Made by a program: the position numbers and the translations under genes. Under the pieces are notes generated by a model, which had not been told where the DNA came from, did no database searches, and saw nothing but the letters and a program-made list of their open reading frames with translations. From a bacterium (lineage in GTDB: Bacteria; Methylomirabilota; Methylomirabilia; CAVQYV01), in assembly GCA_043800755.1 (NCBI GenBank), contig JAZDMQ010000027.1, positions 1 to 31,195 on the forward strand: DNA of 31,195 nt, given 5' to 3'. This document shows, one piece after another, positions 16,865 to 25,380 of this stretch. Every line of letters begins with the position of its first letter. Position 1 is the stretch's first letter.

Positions 16865-17415
16865 ATATCCAATTCCAGAACTCCTGTCTGGAGCAAGTTC
16901 CCGGCGAGGTCCTGGTCCTATTTCATTTTGAAGATCAACACCTTCCTCGGGGTCCGCTGGCGAGGGCAGACTGGATCCTCAATGGACTCGTCTCCCGGCT
17001 CCTTTATCTGGGAAAGTTTCAGGGCCGGCGGGGGGAGTCCTTGCTGCTTTCTACCTCCAACAAGTTCTCGGTGGACAAGGTCCTGGTATTGGGACTGGGG
17101 AGACGATCCGACCTGAGTGGGGAAGGGCTGCTGGAGGGCTATTCATCTGCAGTTACGGCCTCTGCCAAAATGAGGGTTAGGAAGATTGCCCTCACCTTGC
17201 CGGAGGAGATCTTTCCCCACCTGACCGATGAGGCAGGAGCAAGACTCCTCCAGATGATCCTCGCGGCCGGGGTCCGGGCGGAGCTTCCCCTTTCCGATCT
17301 CAGCCTGGTCTTTTACGAAGAGCAGGAGGCGCGGAGGAATTGGCTGGCCAGCAAGCTGCGCGAGGTCTCTTTGCAGCTCTCGGCCGAGTATTCGCTGGAG
17401 ATCTCCTTCGCCTAA
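16861..17415 (+). CDS. Stand-alone peptidase M17 (leucyl aminopeptidase) N-terminal-domain-like protein
   Basis: 184 aa; FEDQHLPRG...DWILNG.VSRL, FQGRRGESLL, KVLVLGLG; no catalytic C-terminal domain; GTG overlaps the nusB stop. Confidence 0.65.
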   Translation: MNIQFQNSCLEQVPGEVLVLFHFEDQHLPRGPLARADWILNGLVSRLLYLGKFQGRRGESLLLSTSNKFSVDKVLVLGLGRRSDLSGEGLLEGYSSAVTASAKMRVRKIALTLPEEIFPHLTDEAGARLLQMILAAGVRAELPLSDLSLVFYEEQEARRNWLASKLREVSLQLSAEYSLEISFA

Positions 17416-17427
17416 AGGAGGCCCCGC

Positions 17428-18155
17428 TTGCTTTACTTCATCTGCTCGGATGTCCATGGGAATCTGGAGGCACTCCAGGCGGTGGTGCAAGCGGCGGAAA
17501 GAGAAAAGGCAGACAGATTCCTGATGTTAGGAGACATCGTGGGATACGGGGCCAACCCCCAGGAGTGCCTTTGGCAGATCCGAAAAGCCGCAGATGTGGT
17601 CTTAGCGGGTAACCACGATTTTGCTGCCGCCTCCCTTACCGACCTCTCCTCTTTTAACCCCGTGGCCAAAGCAGCCATCCTCTGGACCCGGGACCGGCTC
17701 CAGGCAAGAGAGGCCGAATACCTCGCCCAGCTCCCCCTCCTCTACGGGACAGAAGATTTTTTTTTGTCCACTCGACCCCCAGGGACCCTGAGAGGTGGGA
17801 TTACCTGCTCAGCCTGGCGGATGCAGAGCGGGCGTTCTCCGACTTCGTAGGCCAGATCTGTTTCATCGGACATTCTCACTTCCCTCTCTTCTTCGCCCAA
17901 GACGAGGAGGGGGGCTGCTGGATCACCCGAGGTCCCCGGCTCGATCTGCAAAGGGGGTTTCGCTACCTCGTGAACGTAGGCTCCGTGGGGCAGCCTCGGG
18001 ATGGAAATCCCGAGGCCTGCTATCTCCTTTTTGAGGATCGACAGGGCTGGTTCGAGCTCAAAAGGGTCCATTATGAGATACCCATCACCCAAGAGAAGAT
18101 ACGCGCGGCGGGGCTCCCTTTCTCCTTGGCCGACCGCCTCGCCTGGGGAAGGTAA
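17428..18155 (+). pseudogene. Calcineurin-like metallophosphoesterase, frameshifted at a T9 run (17757-17765)
   Basis: SDVHGNL, LGDIVGYG, GNHD in the first frame. Adding one T gives FVHSTP...CFIGHSH...NVGSVGQPRDGNP...LAWGR*. May be an assembly error. Confidence 0.8.
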
Positions 18156-19596
18156 GGTAGCAGGGGCAAGGCCCTGCCGATCTCTGGCCATCATCTTGGG
18201 GGCCCTGGCGATCTTTGGCCTTTCCCTCCTTCCCCCCCGGTTTCCTCTTAGGGATCATTCCCTGGAGGCGGCCACCAAACAACTCGCAGGCGAGCACACC
18301 ATCACCTATGATATCATCAATCCTCTGGGGGTCCTTTTCCTGCCTGATTATTCGATCGATGGCTTTTCCCAGAAGGTGATTGCCCAGGATGAGTACAGCC
18401 GGCGAATCGTGGTGTCGGCGAACCTCTCCCCCTTCTCTTCCCATGCCCCTTTCCCGATTCCCCCTGGATCTCTGAGCGGACTGGATCCTCGCTATTTGAA
18501 ATCGGAAAAGGCCCGCCAGTCTGGTGATCCGGAGATCCTCTCCCTTGCCCGCTCGATTGCGAAGGGGGCAGACCAGGAGGCGGAGGTGGTAGAGCGGGTC
18601 ATGAATTGGATCGCTGATCATCTTTCATATGACTATTCGCTCCAGCTTCCCGCTGACGCCCTGTCGGCATTGAGACAGCGGAAGGCCTCCTGTGTTGGAT
18701 ACACGAACCTGGCCATATCCCTGCTCCGCTCCCTGGGGGTTCCTTCTCGCGGCGCCCACGGATATCTGCCTCCTGGCTATGATTGGGGGATCACCAAGGA
18801 GTATTGGGGGAGAAAGATCAACGGGGGAGGCTTCCATGCCTGGATGGAGGTCTTTTATCCCGATGCAGGGTGGGTATTCTATGACCCTGCCAATTCCATT
18901 CACTTTGTGGACCCTTTTCACATCTTGCTCTGGGTTGAGGGAGGGGAGACGAAGCATTGGGGAAAGGAAAAGGGTTTCATCGATGTGGACCGGGCGACCA
19001 CATTCACCATCATCGGGGAAGTCAACCATGCCGAAGCGGTGGATGAGATAGGGAGTCCCTCGAAGGACATTCTGGGGCGGAGGTGGGTCGGTCGCCCTGT
19101 AAAGGCCTCCCTCTCGGGGACCGTCAGGGATGGAGAGAGAAGACCGATTGAGGAGGGCAGGGCCATCCTTTGGAGAGGGGATCACGGGAAGATCTATCCC
19201 CTGCAACAGGGGGGCGGATTTTCCATCTTGGGGTTGGAGCAGGGAAGCCATGCGATCAGCATTCGTGCCAGGGGTTTTTCCGAGGGGCAATGGACTGGCA
19301 CCCTCCAGGAGGGAGAGCGAAAGATCATTGAATTGGTGCTGGAAGCGGGCGGGGAGGTCGGGGGGAAGGTCACGGATCGAGAAGGGAGACCGATCAGCCA
19401 AGGGAAGGTCTTCTACTGGGTGGAGGGGAAGGGATTGGGGGTTCCACTCAGGAAAGATGGGACCTACCTCTTGGAAGGCCTGAGGACCGGAAGGTACAAA
19501 ATCAGCGTGCGGGCGGACGGTTTCCCTGAGACCTTTCAGGAGGCTTCAGTCTTGCCTGGTCGCGTTGTGGAGCTGAATTTTGTACTGTCCCCTTGA
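18073..19596 (+). CDS. Exported transglutaminase-like protein with two C-terminal carboxypeptidase-regulatory-like (beta-sandwich) domains
   Basis: Hydrophobic N-terminal segment; triad ASCVGY / FHAWMEV / WVFYDP; repeats SGTVRDGERRPI...ISIRARGF and GGKVTDREGRPI...ISVRADGF. Start codon uncertain. Confidence 0.8.
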   Translation: MRYPSPKRRYARRGSLSPWPTASPGEGKVAGARPCRSLAIILGALAIFGLSLLPPRFPLRDHSLEAATKQLAGEHTITYDIINPLGVLFLPDYSIDGFSQKVIAQDEYSRRIVVSANLSPFSSHAPFPIPPGSLSGLDPRYLKSEKARQSGDPEILSLARSIAKGADQEAEVVERVMNWIADHLSYDYSLQLPADALSALRQRKASCVGYTNLAISLLRSLGVPSRGAHGYLPPGYDWGITKEYWGRKINGGGFHAWMEVFYPDAGWVFYDPANSIHFVDPFHILLWVEGGETKHWGKEKGFIDVDRATTFTIIGEVNHAEAVDEIGSPSKDILGRRWVGRPVKASLSGTVRDGERRPIEEGRAILWRGDHGKIYPLQQGGGFSILGLEQGSHAISIRARGFSEGQWTGTLQEGERKIIELVLEAGGEVGGKVTDREGRPISQGKVFYWVEGKGLGVPLRKDGTYLLEGLRTGRYKISVRADGFPETFQEASVLPGRVVELNFVLSP

Positions 19597-19599
19597 AGA

Positions 19600-19914
19600 C
19601 TAAGGATAGACCTGGAGATAGGTCATGCGAGCCCGTTCGCTGAAGGCCCCGTAGTTTGCCTCATAATCCTGGGCCAGCGCTTTTAGATGATTGCTCTTCA
19701 GAAACCCCTCCAGGGTCTCCTGATCCTTGAACTCGTAGACGGCCATATATTGGAACTTATCCTCTCCGGATAAGGCTCTGTAGCGACGCGCAGAGAGACA
19801 GCCCGGGTACTTGAGCACATCCGGGATGTGCACCTCATGATACCACCGGTTGAATTCGGCCTCCTTTTCGGGGGTGATGGTCGCCTTGACAATAAAGAGG
19901 ACGGTCTGGGCCAT
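19600..19914 (-). CDS. DUF4286/EthD-like dimeric alpha-beta barrel protein
   Basis: GAGGAGG RBS, ATG at 19914; 104 aa; EFNRWYHEVHIPDVL..PGCLSARRY...YMAVYE. Confidence 0.8.
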   Translation of the reverse strand: MAQTVLFIVKATITPEKEAEFNRWYHEVHIPDVLKYPGCLSARRYRALSGEDKFQYMAVYEFKDQETLEGFLKSNHLKALAQDYEANYGAFSERARMTYLQVYP

Positions 19915-19957
19915 GGCTTCCTCCTCTGGGAGATGAAGGTTGGAGAATTCTCCTTCC

Positions 19958-19986
19958 ACTTTAACAGAGTCGCCTCGGGCTGACAA
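19958..19986 (-). promoter_or_regulatory. Putative sigma70 promoter of the DUF4286-like gene
   Basis: Minus strand TTGTCA-N17-TAAAGT with extended -10 TG. Confidence 0.45.
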
Positions 19987-20082
19987 GGGATCTTTTTCCC
20001 CTGTCCCTCCTGGCCTCCCTCTTAGGCAAGGGGAAGGAATGGATCGCCCCGGAGAGGGCGCTAAAGGGAGGAAAACCACCAG

Positions 20083-21342
20083 TTGAAAAACGACAGCAGA
20101 GAACACTTCGTGGACTCCCTTTCCTTTCCCTTGTTGGATCCTTTGGATCGGCAGGTCTGGACGGTCTCGCAACTGACCTCCCGGATCAAGAAGATCCTGG
20201 AAAAAAATTTCCCGGCGATTTGGATCGAGGCGGAGATCTCCAATTTCCGGAGGCCGAGCTCCGGCCACATGTATTTTACCCTCAAGGACGAATCCTGCCA
20301 GATTAACGCGGTCATGTTCCGTTCCTTAAATCAGCTGCTTCGTTTTGAGCCGGAGGACGGACTGGCCGTCTTGGCCTTTGGGACGCTCAGCCTCTATGAG
20401 AGGAGAGGGGAATACCAGATCAATGTGGAGTACTTGGAGCCGAAGGGAGTCGGAGCGCTGCAGCTTGCCTACGAGCAATTGAAGGGGCGACTTGCCCGGG
20501 AGGGGCTTTTCGATCGTACGCGCAAGAGGCCGATTCCCCTTCTGCCGAGGAAGATTGGGGTGATCACCTCCCCCACTGGGGCTGCGATCCGGGACATCCT
20601 GCAGGTGCTGCAAAGGCGTTTTGCCAATCTGGAGGTCATCCTCTATCCAGTGCAAGTCCAGGGGGAGACGGCGGCGGGAGAAATCGCCCGCGCCATCCAG
20701 GAGATGAATGACTGGAAGGGCATCGAGGTGTTGATCATTGGCCGAGGAGGTGGGTCGATCGAGGATCTTTGGGCCTTCAATGAGGAGATTGTGGCCCGGG
20801 CCATCTTCGCCTCCAAGATCCCCATTATCTCGGCGGTTGGCCATGAGACCGATTTTACGATCGCCGATTTCGTGGCGGATGTGAGGGCACCCACGCCATC
20901 CGCAGCGGCGGAGATGGTCATCTCTCACAAAGACCAGCTGCGGCAGAGGGTGGATGAGCTTCTCGGGCGAATCCTCTCCTCGGTGCGGTTGTTGCTGCAA
21001 GGTCAAGCGACTTCCGTCTCCGGCCTGAAAGGGAGGCTTCAGGCCTTCAGCCCTGCCGGGATGTTGCGGCTTCAGAGGCAGGAGCTCTCTGCCCTGAGGG
21101 AACGATTGAACAGGGGTGCCCAATCCCATCTGCGAGGCAGGCGAGAATCGTTCCAACGAGTGGTGGAGAAATTGGGGGCCTTGAGCCCCCTGGCCGTGTT
21201 GGAGAGGGGTTTCAGCCTTTGCATGAGCCTCCCTTCTTTCAAGATCCTGCGGGACGCAGGGGAAGTGCAGGTGGGGGATGAGGTGTCGGTGCGCCTTCAT
21301 CGCGGCAGGCTGCTTTGTCAAATAAAGGGACGGGAGAGATAG
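20083..21342 (+). CDS. xseA: Exodeoxyribonuclease VII large subunit
   Basis: TVSQL, EISNF...SGHMYFTLKD, ITSPTGAAIRD, RGGGSIEDLWAFNEE, SAVGHETD, RAPTPSAAAE. Start may be GTG 20110. Confidence 0.97.
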   Translation: MKNDSREHFVDSLSFPLLDPLDRQVWTVSQLTSRIKKILEKNFPAIWIEAEISNFRRPSSGHMYFTLKDESCQINAVMFRSLNQLLRFEPEDGLAVLAFGTLSLYERRGEYQINVEYLEPKGVGALQLAYEQLKGRLAREGLFDRTRKRPIPLLPRKIGVITSPTGAAIRDILQVLQRRFANLEVILYPVQVQGETAAGEIARAIQEMNDWKGIEVLIIGRGGGSIEDLWAFNEEIVARAIFASKIPIISAVGHETDFTIADFVADVRAPTPSAAAEMVISHKDQLRQRVDELLGRILSSVRLLLQGQATSVSGLKGRLQAFSPAGMLRLQRQELSALRERLNRGAQSHLRGRRESFQRVVEKLGALSPLAVLERGFSLCMSLPSFKILRDAGEVQVGDEVSVRLHRGRLLCQIKGRER

Positions 21343-21343
21343 G

Positions 21344-21592
21344 GTGATGAAAGATCTCGGTTTTGAAGAGGCCTTGAAGAGACTGGAGGCGATTGTGACG
21401 AAGCTGGAGGCCGGGAACCTCCTCCTGGAGGAGTCATTGAAGGCATTCGAGGAGGGAGTCGGGCTGGCTCGCATCTGCGCGGTGCGCCTGGAGGAGGGGG
21501 AAAGGAAGATCTCCCAGCTTTTGCGGTCCGAAGGAGGCGAATTGGAGGAGAGGCCATTTGATCAGTTTCCGGAAAGGGAGGAGGAGGCCTGA
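21344..21592 (+). CDS. xseB: Exodeoxyribonuclease VII small subunit
   Basis: FEEALKRLEAIV..LE.G...LEESL..FEEGV.L...C. Start at 21344 or 21347. Confidence 0.95.
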   Translation: MMKDLGFEEALKRLEAIVTKLEAGNLLLEESLKAFEEGVGLARICAVRLEEGERKISQLLRSEGGELEERPFDQFPEREEEA

Positions 21593-22491
21593 TGTCCTTT
21601 GATCTCCAAGGCTATCTCCAGGAGAGAAGGAGATGGGTGGACGAGACCCTCGATCAAGTCCTGCCCCCTGCCTCCTCCTATCCTTTTCCCATCCACGAGG
21701 CGATGCGCTACAGCGTTTTTGCAGGAGGCAAGAGGCTGCGGGCCATCCTGGTCCTGGCTGCGGCGGAGGCCGTAGGTTGCAGGGATTCCCGGGTGCTCCC
21801 CCTTGCCTCGGCCATCGAGTTGATCCACACCTATTCCTTAGTCCACGACGATCTGCCCGCCATGGACAACTCCGATTATCGGCGAGGTCAGCCCTCTTGC
21901 CACAAGGAGTTCGGGGAGGCCGTTGCCATTCTGGCCGGGGATGCCCTCTTGACGCTCGCCTTCTCCCTCATCGCCCAAGAGCCCCTCGTTGACTTGGTGA
22001 AGGGAAAGAGGCTTACCGGAATCGTGCAAGAGGTTTCCCAGGCCTGCGGGACAAAGGGCCTGATCGGGGGACAGACCGTGGATATACTGTCCCAGGGGAA
22101 GAAGGTGGATCATGATTTGCTGCGCTACATCCATGTTCACAAAACCGGGGCCCTCATTCGAGCCTGTGTACGACTAGGAGGCATGGTGGGAGGGGCTTCC
22201 AGTAGGCAGTTGCAGGCTTTAACCGACTACGGGGAAAGGATCGGCCTTGCCTTTCAGATTATGGATGATATCCTGGACGTGGAGGGAGAAGAGGAGAGGG
22301 TGGGAAAGGAATTGCGAAAGGACGAGGCAAAAGGAAAGGCGTCCTATCCGGGTCTCCTGGGACTGGAGCGGTCCAAAAGAGAGGCAAAGAGGCTGGTGGA
22401 GGAGGCGATGGCTACCCTCTCCTCTCTGCCTGCGGAGAGGACCGAGGCCCTCGCGGCTATCGCCAGCTACATCATCCAGAGGAGAAATTAG
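21592..22491 (+). CDS. ispA: Geranyltranstransferase / farnesyl diphosphate synthase
   Basis: GGKRLR, HTYSLVHDDLPAMDNSDYRRG, AGDALL, GGQ, KTGAL, FQIMDDILD. Confidence 0.95.
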   Translation: MSFDLQGYLQERRRWVDETLDQVLPPASSYPFPIHEAMRYSVFAGGKRLRAILVLAAAEAVGCRDSRVLPLASAIELIHTYSLVHDDLPAMDNSDYRRGQPSCHKEFGEAVAILAGDALLTLAFSLIAQEPLVDLVKGKRLTGIVQEVSQACGTKGLIGGQTVDILSQGKKVDHDLLRYIHVHKTGALIRACVRLGGMVGGASSRQLQALTDYGERIGLAFQIMDDILDVEGEEERVGKELRKDEAKGKASYPGLLGLERSKREAKRLVEEAMATLSSLPAERTEALAAIASYIIQRRN

Positions 22492-22496
22492 GCACC

Positions 22497-24422
22497 ATGC
22501 TCTTAGAAAAGATCCATTCCCCCCAAGACCTTAAGGCCCTGGCCCGGGGCGATCTCCCCCAGCTCGCCGAGGAGATTCGCCAGACGATCGTCCAGACGGT
22601 CTCCTCCTGTGGTGGGCATCTCTCGTCCAACTTAGGGGTGGTGGAGCTGACTATCGCCCTCCATTACCTCTTTCATGCCCCGGAAGACAAAATCGTCTGG
22701 GATGTGGGGCATCAAACCTACGCCCACAAGATCCTCACCGGACGCCTGAACGAGTTCTCCACCTTGAGGCAGGGGGGCGGCCTCGCGGGTTTTCCCAAGC
22801 GAGAGGAAAGCCTCTATGATCCCTTCAACACCGGCCATTCCAGCACGGCCATCTCCGCCGCCCTGGGCATGGCCGTGGCCCGCGATCTCCGTGGGGAGAG
22901 GCACCGGGTGATTGCGGTGGTGGGAGATGGCTCCCTCACCGGGGGACAGGGTTGGGAGGGATTGAACCAATGTGGGCACCTGGGCAAGGATTTGATGGTG
23001 ATCCTCAATGACAATGAGATGTCAATTTCCCCCAATGTGGGGGCCCTATCTGCCTATCTGAATCGCCTGATGACCGGGAATTTCCTCCTCAAGATGAAGC
23101 AAAAGGTGAAAGAGCTCCTGGGCCAGATCCCCCAGATCGGTTCCCCCATGGTCAAATGGGCAGGTCGGATCGAGGAGCTGTTGAAAGGGATGATCGTCCC
23201 CGGGCTGCTCTTTGAGGAATTGGGGTTTACCTACCTGGGTCCCATTGAGGGAAACAATCTGAGTCATTTGATGGAGACCTTTGAAGGGGCCAAGAAGCTG
23301 AAGGGGCCGGTGCTGCTTCATGTGCTCACCCGCAAGGGGAAGGGCTATCCCCCAGCAGAGAAGAATCCCTCCGTCTTCCACAGCCCTCCACGCTTTGAAG
23401 TGGCCACGGGGCAGTTGGTGAAAGTGGACTCCCCCCTAAGCTACACCGAGGCCTTCTCCCAAGGGCTGATCGAGCTGGCCCGGGAGGATGATCGAATCGT
23501 TGGGATTACCGCTGCGATGTCCCAGGGAACCGGGCTCGATCGCTTTGCCAGCCTCTTTCCCTCCCGCTTCTTTGATGTGGGAATCGCCGAACAACATGCA
23601 GTGACCTTTGCCGGCGGCCTCGCCGCCTGCGGTTTGTTGCCGGTGGTGGCGATTTATTCCACCTTTTTGCAACGGGCCTATGATCAGCTCCTGCACGATA
23701 TCTGTCTGCAGAATCTGCATGTGGTTTTTGCGCTGGATCGAGCGGGGATCGTAGGCGAGGATGGTCCGACGCACTCCGGGATCTACGATCTTTCCTACCT
23801 CCGCCACCTCCCTCACATGGTCGTCGCGGCCCCCAAGGATGAGAACGAACTCCGCCACCTGCTGAAGACTGCGCTCTGTCATTCTGGCCCGTTCACGGTT
23901 CGTTATCCGCGCGGGTCAGGGCAGGGGGTGAAGTGGGATGAGGAGCCGAAGTGTCTGGAGATCGGAAAGGCAGAGGTCCTGCAAGAGGGAAGAGAAATCC
24001 TCCTGCTGGCGATCGGCTCTATGGTCCATCCCTCGCTCCAGGCGGCGCGACACCTTAGGGAAAAGGAGGGGATCGAGGCGGCGGTGGTCAATGCGCGCTT
24101 CCTGAAGCCCCTGGATTTGTGCCTGATCAGGGAGATGGCCCAAAGGACGGGCAAGGTCCTCACCGTCGAGGAGAATGTCCTGCTGGGGGGATTTGGGAGC
24201 TCGGTCCTGGAGGGCTTGGCCGACTCGAAGGCCGATCTCACAGGCTTAGAGATCGAGCGAATGGGCCTCCCGGATACGGTCATCGCCCAGGGGACGATGC
24301 AAGGGGTCAGGGCCAAATATGGTTTATGCTGGGAAGCCATAGCTGATCAGGCGCGACGAATGATCCGGGAGCACGTTCCCCTGAAATTAAGGCTGGGCAA
24401 AGGCTCGAAGTCCCGCTCTTGA
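22497..24422 (+). CDS. dxs: 1-deoxy-D-xylulose-5-phosphate synthase
   Basis: GGHLSSNLG, WDVGHQTY, GHSSTAIS, GDGSLTGG, LNDNEMSI, DVGIAEQHA, YSTFLQRA, DRAGIVGEDGPTH. Confidence 0.98.
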   Translation: MLLEKIHSPQDLKALARGDLPQLAEEIRQTIVQTVSSCGGHLSSNLGVVELTIALHYLFHAPEDKIVWDVGHQTYAHKILTGRLNEFSTLRQGGGLAGFPKREESLYDPFNTGHSSTAISAALGMAVARDLRGERHRVIAVVGDGSLTGGQGWEGLNQCGHLGKDLMVILNDNEMSISPNVGALSAYLNRLMTGNFLLKMKQKVKELLGQIPQIGSPMVKWAGRIEELLKGMIVPGLLFEELGFTYLGPIEGNNLSHLMETFEGAKKLKGPVLLHVLTRKGKGYPPAEKNPSVFHSPPRFEVATGQLVKVDSPLSYTEAFSQGLIELAREDDRIVGITAAMSQGTGLDRFASLFPSRFFDVGIAEQHAVTFAGGLAACGLLPVVAIYSTFLQRAYDQLLHDICLQNLHVVFALDRAGIVGEDGPTHSGIYDLSYLRHLPHMVVAAPKDENELRHLLKTALCHSGPFTVRYPRGSGQGVKWDEEPKCLEIGKAEVLQEGREILLLAIGSMVHPSLQAARHLREKEGIEAAVVNARFLKPLDLCLIREMAQRTGKVLTVEENVLLGGFGSSVLEGLADSKADLTGLEIERMGLPDTVIAQGTMQGVRAKYGLCWEAIADQARRMIREHVPLKLRLGKGSKSRS

Positions 24423-24518
24423 TCCGGCAATAGGTGCGACGCAGACCTGTAGCTTGCTGGCGAGCGCCAAGGACCGAATTCCCTTGTCGGCCTACCCTTC
24501 AATATCAGGGAGGAGAAA

Positions 24519-25376
24519 TTGAAGAAGATTGGAATTGTCGCCAAACCCCATCGGCCAGAGGCCCGATTGGTCGTGGGAGAGCTCCTGGCCTGGCTGGAGA
24601 AGGAGGGCCTGGAGGTCTTTTTTGATCTGGACTCTGCTGCCTTGGTGGGTCGAGAGCGGCAGGGTCACAAGAAATCAGAACTGCCCTCGCTGGTGGATTT
24701 TCTCATCGTCCTGGGAGGCGACGGAACGCTCCTTTCCGTGGCCCGCTTAGTGGGCGTGAAAGAGGTGCCCATCTTAGGGGTTAACCTGGGGGGCCTGGGC
24801 TTCCTGACCGAGGTCCCCCTGGAGGAGCTTTATGCCATCCTGGAAGAGGTGTTGAGCGGTCAGTACCAGTTCAGCGAGCGACTCATGCTCACCTGTCATA
24901 TTCATCGTCAGGGGGAGAGGATTGCGGAGTACTCGGTGCTGAATGATGTCATCCTGAATAAGGGAGCCCTGGCTCGAATCATTGAAATGGAGACCTATGT
25001 TGATTCGGAATATCTGACGACCTATCGGGCCGATGGCCTTATCATCTCTACCCCGACCGGCTCCACTGCCTACTCGATGGCGGCAGGTGGTCCCATCATT
25101 TACCCTTCCCTGCAGGCGCTGGTACTGACCCCTATCTGCCCCCACACCTTGACCAATCGCCCCTTGGTGATCCCCAACCGGGTCCGGGTGGAGGTGAGCT
25201 TGATCTCCGAGAATGAGGATGTCTATCTGACCCTGGATGGGCAGGTGGGTTTCGCTTTGCGCTATCGGGATGTGGTGGAGATCAAGAGCTCGGAGCATGG
25301 GATCAAACTAGTCAAGTCGAGCCATCGCGGCTATTTCGAAGTGCTCCGCACCAAACTCAAGTGGGGAGAGAGATAG
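24519..25376 (+). CDS. nadK: NAD(+) kinase
   Basis: GGDGTLL, GVNLGGLGFL, LND, ADGLIISTPTGSTAYSMAAGGP; TTG start with GGAGGAG RBS. Confidence 0.97.
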   Translation: MKKIGIVAKPHRPEARLVVGELLAWLEKEGLEVFFDLDSAALVGRERQGHKKSELPSLVDFLIVLGGDGTLLSVARLVGVKEVPILGVNLGGLGFLTEVPLEELYAILEEVLSGQYQFSERLMLTCHIHRQGERIAEYSVLNDVILNKGALARIIEMETYVDSEYLTTYRADGLIISTPTGSTAYSMAAGGPIIYPSLQALVLTPICPHTLTNRPLVIPNRVRVEVSLISENEDVYLTLDGQVGFALRYRDVVEIKSSEHGIKLVKSSHRGYFEVLRTKLKWGER

Positions 25377-25380
25377 CCTT

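Noticed and set aside
19915-20268. Upstream part of the 222-aa ORF 19600-20268
   Set aside because: It overlaps xseA antisense and a promoter; the real gene starts at 19914 with a GAGGAGG RBS.
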